From positions 1 to 64,000 of the forward strand of contig NW_021832595.1 of assembly GCF_006345805.1 (NCBI RefSeq): DNA of 64,000 bases, read 5' to 3'. Below are positions 13,620-25,434 of this stretch, piece by piece; the stretch's first letter is position 1, and each line of letters begins with the position of its first letter. The notes under the pieces are model-generated. The model did not search any database. It worked only from the letters and a program-made list of their open reading frames with translations, and had not been told where the DNA came from. The position numbers and the translations under genes are program-made. Origin of the DNA: Octopus sinensis (Eukaryota).

Positions 13620-14580
13620 TTAGAGAAGATGCAGTTTGGGTTTGTGCCAGGGAGAAGCACCACTGATGCTATATTTCTGGTAAGACAGCTGCAGGAGAAA
13701 TACCTAGCCAAAGCTAAACCTCTGTGGCGTTTGCTGACATGTAGAAAGCCTTTGACAGGGTCCCCCAATCCCTTATCTGGTGGTCAATGAGGAAACTAGG
13801 GATAGATGAGGAGTTGTTGAGAGCCATACAAGCCCTGTACAGGGATGCTGTCAGTAAAGTGAGGGTTAGCAACAAGCGAAGAATTCAGGATAGAAGCAAG
13901 GATTCACCAAGTCCTCAGCTCTCTCTTATTCATCATAGTCTTCTGGGCAATGACAGGCTGCACCCAGGAGCTCCTCCTATGCTGATGACCTTGTTCTAAT
14001 AGCTGAGTCAATATCTGAACTAGAGAAAAAGTTTCAGATGTGAAAGCAAGGTCTTAAAATGAAAGGCCTTAGAGTCAACCTAGCAAAAACCAAAGTAAGT
14101 AGGAAGGTAGACATATCACAAATCCCTTCAGGTAGATGACCCTGCTCAATCTGTAGAAAAGGCATAGGTAGAAACTCCATAAGATGTACCGAGTGTAAGC
14201 TATGGACATATAAGAGGTGCAGCAATATCAAGGGAAGATAGTTTTTGTGTGTGGAAGATGCACAAGTGCAATAAACACTGAAGATGTACAGAAAACAAAT
14301 TCTGTCACATGCCAGGATGAAAAACTAGAAGTAGTTATAGCTTCCATTACAAATCAGTGGTTGGGGTGAATGCTCTAAGAGTGTAGCGGTTAAAATAAGA
14401 ATAGCCTGGCTAACAAAGGTCCTCTCACTCAGGGTGAAAGGTAGACTGAATAATGCCTGTGTTTGAACAGCCATGTGACATGGCAGTGAAACATGGCTCG
14501 TGACTGCTGAAGACATGCATAACCTTGCAAGAAAGGAAGCTAGTATGATCCGCAGGATGTGTAATGTCAGTGTGCATAGA
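13620..14580 (+). mobile_element. Degenerate RTE LINE RT fragment
   Basis: Nucleotide identity to the 43350-44400 region (gatgagatgcagtttggg..., tggtggtcaatgaggaaactagggatagatg). Confidence 0.85.
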
Positions 14581-15041
14581 AGAAAGAATTGTTTGGAAAA
14601 TGTGTATTTAGGTGAAGTTTGTCATAGTAAATGGCATCATTTGGTGGCATTTGTGTGGCTGTTTTATTGAAAAACATCTTTTTAAAGATTTTAAAGCTGA
14701 GAGGTATGACTTTCAGATTTCATGGACATATGTTAGAACTCTGGTTTCTGTGAGTGAAATTAGCATTGTTCAATCAGGAATGCCATAACTTCTTTGCAGA
14801 TATTCTCAAGACAAAACGATTTTGGCAAGTGTATTTGTCTATTTTAAAAATAACTGGGTGAACTTTTGAAAAACTTTGACTGTTACTTCTCGCATACCTG
14901 GACTGTTTGAAGGCTATATGTATTTCAGGTTTACATCAGGCATGTAAAGTGGATGTTTATGATGTGGATAGCATTAAATTGTTACATGGATGGTGAGTAA
15001 CTTGTATTTGTCTAGCATTAAATCTTGGTTTTATTTTGCAG

Positions 15042-15239
15042 GAATATCTGCCTCGAGTATGGAAGGAGAAGATGAGGGCAGAACGATATTGGTGTCAGGA
15101 ATCCCAACTGATTTCCGTTTGGAAGCCATTCAGTCTTATTTTGAGAACAAGAGTAGATCAAGTGGAGGACCTATTAAAGGAAAGCCAGAACGGATCCAAG
15201 ATTCTGAGGAAGTTATTATCACTTTTGAATCGGAAAAAG
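15042..15239 (+). CDS. PARP14-like: Macro-PARP exon 1 of window (RRM-like 1: MEGEDEGRTILVSGIP...YFENKSRSSGGPI...VIITFESEK)
   Basis: Acceptor ttttattttgcag ends at 15041; ATG at 15059; donor GTTAGA at 15240. The 198-nt exon is open in frame upstream of the ATG, so a further upstream exon is implied. Confidence 0.85.
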
Positions 15240-15915
15240 GTTAGAAGAAATATTCTTTATTTCATGAAATCATTTACAGACATCATCATTGTCATCATTT
15301 AATATCTGTTGTCCATGCTTGCATAGGTTGGACAATTTGCACGTAATTACTGTGAACACATTAGATTAATATAAAGCAATGTTAAAAATCATCATCATCG
15401 TCATTTAACATTCATTTTCCATATTTGCTTGCATTGAATAGTTTGACAGGATCTGGTGAGCAGCATTGACCTCTAGGGTCAGCTTTGAGATGGTTTCTAT
15501 TGCTCGGTGCCCTTCCTAATGCCAACCACTTTACAGAGTGGACTGGGGGCAATTTTCCTGCCATCATTACGAGTGAGGTTGCCAAGTAATGTCCAAGACA
15601 GGAAAAAAAAAAAGGAAAAACACTCCTTCTACTAAATGGAGTGAGGAACCGAAAGGGTTATGTAGGGGTTATGCTAGGTATTGAAAGGCTAAAGTGCGAT
15701 CAAGGAGGTACAATAGAGAAACTGTAGAGCAGTGTTCTATTCCAAGTTGTCACACCATTCTGTATCCGCTCATTAAAATTCTTTAGTCATCAACAATCTG
15801 GCAGTCATGGGTAGGCTTTTATAATGAAGAGGTCTCAAAACTGAAACATGCTTGGAGTTGTCTCTCTGCTGCTAAATTCATTCCTTCACCTTAACCTGAA
15901 GGAATATCAAATGGC

Positions 15916-15968
<53 letters not shown>

Positions 15969-16798
15969 CTGATCACGTGACCGACCAGGCTATCAGATGC
16001 TGCTACAAATCGCTGGTTACAATGTGCTTCGCATTGTTTTAGCCTTCAAATGACGCCACCCCGCTGGCTAAGTGAGCAGGCCAATATATATAAATATATA
16101 TATATATAAATATTTTTTTTTATTTATAAAAATTTAAATTTCAAGGTTATGTTCCTCTCGTCTCTTGACATGAGTCTGTCACGAAGATAATGAGTCTCTC
16201 TTTTCATTAAGGGACTAATTTTAATTGAAATTTTGCAGTGCACTTCATTAAGTGTTTTAACATATTCTGATATTCAAATATTCTACTCTTTATTTGGAAA
16301 ATAGGTTTACATATTGGTCTGCTCAGGATAAAGCTTTTTATTGGCAATTGTCTTTGTGAATGACTACTGTTTCCTCTAAGTACTGTATGTGCGTATACAC
16401 ATAAGTGTGTATATGTTTATCTGATCACACACACACACATCCTATGATGGCCACAGTTTCTCTCTTCCAAATATCAGTCACAAGGCTCTGGTCATCTTGA
16501 GGCTGTGGTAGAAGATACTTGCTCAAGGTGCTGTTGAACTAGAGCCAGTTAATTGTACAGGGAACCTCATAATCCTCTCAGCTATCGAACAAAGGGGCCT
16601 CTAAGTGATGACTTGATCTGCTAGAAAAGGCAGTTAAATCTTCTTCATGTACCACCTAACATCATAAACAAGGAAGGACACTTGGACATGTTTATGGCCA
16701 GAAAGTGTCTGACCTGGTTCTACACCAACACAACCATGCCCTCCACTCATTAATAATGACATTATATTCTCAATTTCTTCTGCTATTTTGATTTTCAG

Positions 16799-17035
16799 AT
16801 GCAGAAAATGTTGTCCAAAGGAAGGTCCATAATGTAAGCAAACATAAACTTCATGTGGACTGGTATAAAAATCTAGTCTGGCAAGAAGATGCAATGGTTG
16901 TGTCAAATGGCCCCAAAGACATGTCGGAAAAAATGTTAATTGATTTTTTGGAAAAGACAGGAAAATTAGATATTGTATATGTTTCCCCTGGAAGAAAAGC
17001 TGGAACTTTTCTTGTGTATTGCCAAAATGAAATTG
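16799..17035 (+). CDS. PARP14-like: Macro-PARP exon 2 (end of RRM1 + RRM-like 2)
   Basis: Acceptor ttttgattttcag; donor GTAAGT at 17036; 237 nt; reads DAENVVQRKVHNVSKHKLHVDWYKN...GTFLVYCQNEI. Confidence 0.85.
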
Positions 17036-18342
17036 GTAAGTTTCTTCAAGTTTAATTTGTTTTCAAAAAGATTTCTTGAATTTTGTTTTGTTAATAGGAT
17101 TGGTATATCTTTTGTGTTTTAATTGTTTTAGTCTAATGACTCAGGCCATGCTGGGGCACCACCTTGAAGATCTTTTTTAGGTAAATGAATCAACCCTAGT
17201 GGTTCTTACTTTTTAAAACCTAGATACTTATTTTATCACTCCATTTTGCAGATCTGTTAAGTTACAGGAACATAAACACATTGACACCAGTCATCAAGCA
17301 GTGGCGGGTAACAAATAGACACAAAGACACACACACACACACATACTGGGCTTCTTTCAGTTTCCATCTACCAAATTCACTCACAATGCCTTGGTTGAAC
17401 TGAGGCTACAGTAGAAGATTCTCACCCAAGGTGCCACGCAGTGGGACTGAACCCAGAACCATGTGGTTGGGAAGCAAACTTCTTAGCACACAGCCCTGTC
17501 TGCACCTATTTATATCTTTTATTTCTTCCCAGATTTTTGCCTTTTGGTTTCTCACATTTATCAGGAAAGGAAGAAATTTGTCAGGAATGATGGTTATCAG
17601 GCAGGAAATCAGAAATATTAGAGATGATGTTTTATCAGTGAAACTGATTCCAGTATTTGACCGTTCCTTCAGTTTCTAAACATTGGAAAGAGGGAAAGTA
17701 AATGGAATATTTTACCATCTTTGTTTGATTGATAGAGGGAACTTGTTACAAATGTAATTTCTATCTAAAACGAAATGGAAAGAAAACTGAGTCTTTACCT
17801 TGTAAATGCATATTGCAGAATAATAAAACAAATATATAGTTTAATTACAAAACAAAATATATTTTGTAAGTCTTGGGAGGGTCATTGTGCCAATGATAAA
17901 CACATGCACAGGTCTGCCTGTCTTTTACTTTTGATTATAGTTTCAATATAAAACGAATATGTTGAGTAATGATACTCTCATAATATTGAACACATCAAAC
18001 TAAAATTTTCAAATCAATAAAATTCTTCAAAGGACTTTCCACACAGGATTATATATTCGGTTGATGTGATTTTTTCTTTTGTCTGTTGTTTCACCTCTCC
18101 ATTTTATTTACCTTTTCTCATTACAGACTCTGAAACATTTCTTCTTTCTTCTAGCACTTTCATCTTTATAATTCAGAGCATTCCTTAACTCTTTAGCATT
18201 CAGATTAATCTGTCAAGCTTTCTGCTTATTTATTCACATCATTTCGTATTAATCATGCATTATCTCATAGCTTTGGAATGTTGACGAGGTAATTGTTAAT
18301 TTTTAGAATGATATTGTATGGTTGGTGTAAGAGGCCAGATAT

Positions 18343-18880
18343 CATCATCATCATCATTGTTTAAAGTCCGCTTTCCATGCTGGTATGGGTTGGACGATTT
18401 TGACTGAAGGCTGGCAAACCAGATGGCTGCACCAGGCTCCAATCTTGATCTGGCAGAGTTTCTACAGCTGGATGCCCTTCCTAATGCCAGCCACTCCGAT
18501 AGTGTAGTGGGTGCTTTTATGTGCCACCGGCACAGGTGCCAGTTAGGCAGTACTGGCAACCTCGCACAAATTTTTTATACATGCCACTGGCACAGGTGCC
18601 AGTAAGGTGACATTGGTAATGATCACGCTCGAATGGTGCCCTTTTACGTGCCACTGGCACAGAAGCCAGTTGTCTGCTCTGGCAACGATCATGCTCGGAT
18701 GGTGCTCTTGGCACCCTATTAGCATGGGCGCAAGTGCCAGTAAGGTGATGCTGGTAATGATCTGGTAACGATCACATTCGAATTGGTGCCTTTTATGTGC
18801 CACTGGCACGGATGCCGGTTAGCCGCTCTGTCAACGATCACACTCGTATGGTGCTCTTTGCACCCCGCTAGTAGATATGG
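18343..18880 (-). mobile_element. RTE 3'-tail-only copy (others at about 12668-12880, 30107-30480, 33084-33375, 55308-55560 on -; 51830-52322 and 54730-55135 on +)
   Basis: Shared ...cactacactctcggagtggttggcgttaggaagggcatccagc...catggaaaacggacgttaaac(gat)n sequence. Confidence 0.8.
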
Positions 18881-19394
18881 CCTGTTTAAATGTTCAGGGG
18901 TTAAACATTCTGCATTCTCATTTCTTTGCATTTCTTAACATCTTCTGGAGTCTTTATATTCTTCATCCTTACCCTGACTCATCTCAATTCTCTGCACACC
19001 TTCTTTCTACCTGTGTTTCTATGCTGCTGTGTGTGCATGTGTGTGTTGTCCATTGCCTTACACCCTGTTGATGCTGTTAAAGTATTGTTTTGAACTGATG
19101 AATAGGGAGATGAGGCAAGGATTGCAGAGGACCGGTGTTCAAAGGAGAAAGAATCTGGTATAATTGAGGGGATGGAGTTGGATACAAGAAGGGTGACATA
19201 AGACGGAACAATGAGTGGATCAAAGAGCCTGAATGGCAATGGTATAAAATCAACCAGAGAGACGAAACAGGGACCCTCATAGCAGTGATAGAAAAGACAG
19301 TAGAATAGATCCTGGAGTTTATTTAGAGAGACAGGAGTTTAGTTACTTTATTTGCCATTTGCTTTCAAAGCTCCCTTTGCTAGTTTTGGCTTGT

Positions 19395-19545
19395 TGATGA
19401 TGATGATGATGATGATGACGATGGTGGTGGTGGTGGTGGTGATGGTGATGATGATGATGATGGTGGCGATGATGATGACGATGACGATGATGATGATGAT
19501 GACGATGATGATGATCATCATCATCATGATGGTGATGATGATGAT
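19395..19545. repeat. Compound (GAT/GAC/GGT)n microsatellite
   Basis: Direct inspection; produces the poly-M / poly-I artefact ORFs 19348 and 19352. Confidence 0.95.
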
Positions 19546-20149
19546 ATTGTTAAAATAGACATTTTGTTGTGATGATGTAGAAGAATGACAAACAGATAAA
19601 CCATCAAAATTTGTTGTTGTTTTTTTAAATGGCTCAGTGAAGAAGAAGAGAGGGCAACTGGTCGATATATTGTGAGGTAAAAGGGTCAACAGCCTTGACC
19701 TTTTGAAGGTCAAACTCCTTCATTGATGAGATTGATCTGGTTGTATTAGTCAATGGTCTGCAGGAAAAAGAGGCAAGTTTTGGAGAATTGTCAATCATTG
19801 ATGTTTGGATACAGTGGTCATTAGAAAGAGGGGTCAGTATGGGGTGGTGGTGGTGAGGAGATACATTGTAAGGTTTATGAGAAGAGAGGAGACAGCTGTG
19901 TTTGTGTTGAGTATACCTGGTGCTAATATAAGTCATTAAGAACTATAGTGATTGTTGTTGTGACGATGGGATGAGAGGGGAGAACATCTACAAATGAACC
20001 ATTGCATCATGAAGTTGTCTTCTACATGGTGATGGAATCTTCTCTTTAGTTTACAAGAAGATATTCCATGGTAGAGAATGAGAGCAGCAAGTATATTTAA
20101 CACACTGCTTCTTGCTTTTATAACTTTCAATAAATATCGAAATCGAAGA

Positions 20150-20365
20150 AGGTGGCCAGCTGGTCGAAATGTTAGCATGCTGGACAAAATGCTTAACTGC
20201 ATTTCATCTGTCTTCATGCTTTGTGTGCAAATTCTGCTGAGAATAACTTTGCCTTTCGTCCTTTCAGGGTTCAAAAAAATAAATACCAGCTGATACTGGG
20301 GTCGATGCAATCAACTAACCCTTCCCTCCAAATTGCTGGCCTTGTGTCACAATTTGAAATCAAGA
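20150..20365 (+). mobile_element. Second SINE family; monomeric source of the 115-bp array unit
   Basis: ...ctttgcctttcgtcctttcagggtt...aaataccagctgatactggggtcgatgcaatcaact...aaattgctggccttgtgtcacaatttgaaatcaa; a related copy lies at 49815-50045. Confidence 0.7.
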
Positions 20366-21775
20366 GACATTTGGGGATGTGCTGTGCTTGAGAGGATCCG
20401 TCAAGCCAAGTGCACCTGAACTGGTGACACATAAAGAGCATCCTTTGAATGTTGGGCCTCACGGAGGCAAAGTGGCTGAATTCTTTTCGAGTGTTGGGCC
20501 TCACAGAGGTAATGACCAAGATTTTTGGTATTATGTCATGTTTTGGAAGATCCATCAAGGCATGTAAAGGGACCCATTACATTCTCGGAGTGGTTGGCGT
20601 TAGGAAGGGCATTCAGCCAAAGAAAATCATGCCAAATCAGACTGGAGTCTGATGCAGCCTTCCAGCATGTCAGCCCAGTCAAACCGTCCAACCCATGCCA
20701 GCATGGACAACAGAACTTAAATGATGATATATCTTTAGAAATGGTTGGGTAGTTATATGTATTTTTAGTGAAATAGTTTGTTTTTGTTTTGTTTTCTTTT
20801 TGTCTAAATAACTTCATCTCTAACTTGTCTCTGATATTGTCATGTCTTTAACCAAAGTACAATATTCTAGAATACAAGAATGAGCCCAGACGAGAAATGT
20901 TGAAATTCCCATCTCTACCTTAAAACACACACTTTTAATGATCTGAAGACCTTTACACAGTTGCTCAGGCTGATAGAAATAGCAGGAAAGTATCCCTCCC
21001 ATTACACCCTGCCTTCTTCAAAACAGAAGCTACCATTCTAGATATTGGAATGGTCATGGCTGGATTGTCTTTCATCATAAATCTGCTCAGTCAAATTTTG
21101 TTTATGTTTTACACTTTACTTATCCCTAAATAGAAATACCTTTTACATTTAAGGATGAGAAAATATTTACTAAAGGACACATCATCACCATGATCATGAT
21201 CATCATCACTGTTTTAACGTCCACTTTTCCATGCTTGCATGGGTTGGACAAAATTTGATGATGAGTTGGATTTCTGCAGCTGGATGCCCTTCATGTTGCC
21301 AACCCTCACCTATTTCCAAGTAAGGTAATGTTTCCCAGTGACCAGACATGTTTTAAGGAAGATTGGAAATGAAGGACACTGCTTGTATAACAGGGACACT
21401 CGTTTGCAACAGGCAAGGAAACAGTAACATACAGACGGACAGACAGACAGATGGCTTCTTTCAGTCTTCGTCCACCAAATCCACTCATAAGGCTTTGGTG
21501 AGCCCAAGGCTATAGTAGAATACATTTTATCCAAGTGCTACACAGTGGGACTGAACCCCAAACCATATGGCTGGGAAGCAACCATCTTACCACACAGCCA
21601 CACCTGTGCCTATATGGAGTTGTTAAATAATTGGAACTGCATTTTAATGCTAAAATCTCCAAATTTGAAGAATTCTCAAAATCATTTCAATCTAAAATGT
21701 GTTAAAACATCAGTAAATTGACTTCAATTTGATTCTTTTACCAAAATGTATTTCCATTCATTGTATTTATTGCAG

Positions 21776-22009
21776 ATTTTGAGTATGTTCAGAGGATGTG
21801 CCAAAACAACCCCTTAAAAGGAAATCAACTGAAAGTGGATAGAATTAAGGAAATAAACAGTGTTCAAGTGAAAAACGTTTCTTCAAATGTCAGCTCTGAG
21901 AGTCTTCAAAGATATTTTGGAAACAGTAAAAGAAGTTCTGGTGGAGATATTTCTTCAGTTCAACAACAAACCTCTGATACTTACATTATAAGTTTTAAAG
22001 AGGCATATG
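21776..22009 (+). CDS. PARP14-like: Macro-PARP exon 3 (RRM-like 3)
   Basis: Acceptor tatttattgcag; donor GTAAGT at 22010; 234 nt; YFGNSKRSSGGDI resembles YFENKSRSSGGPI of exon 1. Confidence 0.87.
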
Positions 22010-22317
22010 GTAAGTAATTTTTTTCTGCTCTCTTTGTCTAGTCTACCTATCAGAGTCAGTTATTAGCATTGTTTTAATTCAGGTTTTGTTGGAACTCCTG
22101 GAGGCTTGCTATCCACAGCCTACGGTACCATGCTATCTCTTCTGTTCAGCCATGTAATATTTTCTTGATGATAATGGCTGTGACAAGGAGGCAGACTTTT
22201 GGTAACAGCTCTACTCGGCGCTCTGTCCTCATTTCCTCTTAATATCTTCTGATACTGTCCCCAGGGCCCCAATAATAATTAGAATTATCTCCATCTTTCA
22301 CAGTCAAGCACATTTAA

Positions 22318-23403
22318 CCCTTTCGTTACCAAACCGCCCAAAGCCGCCCGAAAAAAATTTTGGTTTATGAGACCAAACCGCCCAAAGCCGCCCGAATTTA
22401 TCTATTCATATTTAAATGAGAATATCAGAGCAAATCTCTTCAGTACATTCGTGAAAACAGGTATTATATTTTGTAAACAGTTCAACTACAGTTTTGTACA
22501 ATAATCGAAGTGTAATTTTAATTCCGTGAATTTTGGGAGATTTTTTTCCGAAATTTGTTCCTATTGTGTTTTCAAAATTTGTAATTCTGACAAAAAATGG
22601 ATACGAATTTCATTATATCAAGCAGCGAGTCAGAATTCGAAGGATTTTCTACTGAAGACCTTCATAAATCTAACTCTATGACTGAAAAAAAAAAAGCATG
22701 TGGTATTTGATAATGAATCTGATGTTTCATTTTCCGAAAGTGAAAACAGTGAATCTGAGATATCCGATAGCGATAAAGAAAACGAATTGGCACCTGAATG
22801 GAGTGAAAATTTAAAAACTGTTTCTTTCGGTGATTTTTCTGAAGAAACTGGACCAAGCCACAGATTTTCCCAGGAGAGTAAAGCTTTAGACTATTTCTTT
22901 TTACTTTTCCAATGAGCCTATTTGAAATCATTACGGCGGAAACGAACCGTTACGCTAAATATAAACAAAGCGAAAGAAAGGATAGTTTGTGGTTTCCCAC
23001 AACCTTAAATGAAATTAAGACTATTTTGCCATAAATATTATTATGGGTATCAGAAAGTTACCCAGAATAACAAATTCTATCGTAAAATTTTGTTGTATAC
23101 CCAATTGAATATTAGCTAATAACCCATTTTCTATAGCGATGTTTGAACAAAATTTTAATAATTTTATATTTTGTGGAATTTACCTGTATCTACCTGCAAT
23201 TAGAGTCACTTTGTGACAAAAATTATATTATAGAATTGGTTGAGAATATTTCATTAAATTATCTTCCAAAAATCAGATTAATATATCGATAAATAAAAAA
23301 GTTATAGTTGTTTAATGAAACCAGACTAAATTTATGATTACGTTAGAAATTAATTGAAACACATAAGGGGTGTAATTTGGTCAGAAATATAGTAACGAAA
23401 GGG
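22318..23403 (+). mobile_element. piggyBac deletion derivative with intact ends
   Basis: TTAA TSDs at 22314-22317 and 23404-23407; 12-bp TIR CCCTTTCGTTAC; duplicated subterminal accaaaccgcccaaagccgcccgaa; acidic N-terminus then TNRYA...W.PTT..EI...IIMGI of a piggyBac transposase (frameshifted). Confidence 0.92.
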
Positions 23404-23767
23404 TTAAGAGGATTGTCTACTTGTTCACCTAACTAATTGTGGGTCAAATGCGTATGCAACATCAGTTATAGAGCACATGTGGTTCACCTTGTCCACAACG
23501 ACCAGGCCTGGCTTGTTGTACTAAAGCACTTGGCCCTTTCTGCATTGAAAAATCCCACAAGATTTTACAGGTCTCTGACTCTGTGATACTCTGTGGTTTC
23601 TGTTTGTAGCATGTTTTGCTTCTCTCTAACCCCAACTTTCCTCATACTTTCCAATGCAGCACTTTTGTAACCTCATCATGTCACCACAACTCATATTGGT
23701 TTGGGGCAAGTTGAGAGCATTCATTCACAGTAAGGGCAATGGCTTCATCAAATTATTATTATTTTTA

Positions 23768-24850
23768 TTGAGTGAGAGAGTAGTGCATGCCATCAAAGTG
23801 ATACTGGGGTAAAATATATGAAGCCCAGAATACCCATCATGACTACCCATCTGATAAGGGTACACCAGGCTCATGCATCACAACCATATGTGCGCGACAT
23901 GGTGATCTCATATCAAGATAAACAGCGCATAACCTTGCATGTGGAGCCCAGTTAGAATTTTCTTCTGGTCGAGTAAGCCATCCTGCTCAAAAGGTCCCCA
24001 AATAAGGGTTAAGGATGTTGAACGAAACACCTATGTTTCCAGAGGTGAATTATTCAAACCCCAAAGAATCCCTCTCAACACATGGTTATGATGCTCCCCT
24101 ACTACTTCTTCTTATGATTAGAGATGCACATATCGTCAGCCACTAAGAGACATGCTCAACTGGTTAAGGTCAAACAACTGACAAGCAAATCCGTGGTATT
24201 GAGCAGAATATTTGCTGTAACCCATCTTTTATAGCAAGACAAAATAAGGTACATGATATCACTTCCAATCAGTTAAGATCAGAAGCCACAAGAGCCACTG
24301 CCTGGTACTGCATCAGGGCATATTATTATTGTTGTTGTTGTTATTGAAAGAACAGTGCATGCCGTCAAAGTGACACTGATGTAAAATATACAAAGGTACA
24401 CCAGGCACATGCATCACAACTATATGTGCACAACATGGTGATCTCATATCAAGATAAACAGGGCATGATCTTGCAGGTGAGGCCTAGTTAGAATTTTCTT
24501 CAGGTCGAGTAGCTCATCCCACTCAAAAGGTCACTGAACAAGGTTTTTATAAGGATGATGAATAAAACACCCATGTTTCCATGTTTCAGAGGTGAATTAT
24601 CCAAACCCCAAAGAATTTTTCTCAACACATGGTTATAATGCTCCTCCACTACTTCTGTTCATGAGAGATGCACATATTGTCAGCCATCAAGGGACATGCT
24701 CAACTGGTTAAGGACAAGCAAATCTGTGGTATTGAGCAGAATATTTGCTGTAGCCCATCTTTTCATACCAAGACAAAACAATGTGGATGATAACACTTCC
24801 CAATCATTAAGGATCAGATGCCAAGAGAGCAACTTCCTGGTACGGCATCA
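23768..24850. repeat. Two diverged direct copies of a ~550-bp interspersed repeat
   Basis: agtgcatgcc(a/g)tcaaagtga...gatcaga(a/t)gcca...cctggtac occurs at 23780-24325 and 24353-24850, separated by a short TTA/TTG run. Confidence 0.75.
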
Positions 24851-24969
24851 CATTATTATCAGTATCAATAACATTGATACGCTTAGTTTTGTTGGTTTTT
24901 GTACGTATGTACGCGTGGCGTGTGTCACACTTACTGCAAAGAAGTGAGTGGTAAAGAGAGAGAGAGAAT

Positions 24970-25015
<46 letters not shown>

Positions 25016-25353
25016 GAGGCAGTGATTGGTGTTTGTATTGTGTTTTTAATGTTGATACATACATACACACATTGTTAAATCAAAAGCAGGAGAGAGGAGG
25101 GACACAGAGGAAGTGAGAGAGAAAGAGAGAAAGTGATAGAAACAGTAGATACATAGATCCAAAGAAAAGTTGATACATAGACACGTAGTTAAATCAAAGC
25201 AAATAACTGCAGCAAATATTGGATGTCACTTTCGCTATTCATTACCACACGAGGATAAAATTAACTCGCAAGTGGCTGAGTACTCCACAGTCATGCATAT
25301 TATTAACGTAGTTCTGGGGGCAATTCAGCCTCACACAGCTAGAACTCATTTTG

Positions 25354-25425
25354 GCCAGCGTGGTCTAGTGGTTAGGATTCCTGGCTTTCACCCAGGCGGC
25401 CCGGGTTCGATTCCCGGCATGGGAA
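25354..25425 (+). tRNA. tRNA-Glu(TTC) retro-pseudogene with the 5' acceptor strand lost
   Basis: TGGTCTAGTGGTTAGGATT-CCTGG-CTTTCAC-CCAGG-CGGC-CCGGGTTCGATTCCCGG-CATGGGAA; anticodon TTC at 25387-25389; positions 1-7 (GCCAGCG) pair poorly with CATGGGA. Confidence 0.88.
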
Positions 25426-25434
25426 CGCATGTTT

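Noticed and set aside
19348-19713. Poly-Ile / poly-Met ORFs
   Set aside because: Translations of the (GAT)n microsatellite.
25354-25425. Functional tRNA-Glu gene
   Set aside because: The acceptor stem 5' strand is replaced by SINE sequence and the 3' end is fused to a LINE; treated as a retro-pseudogene.
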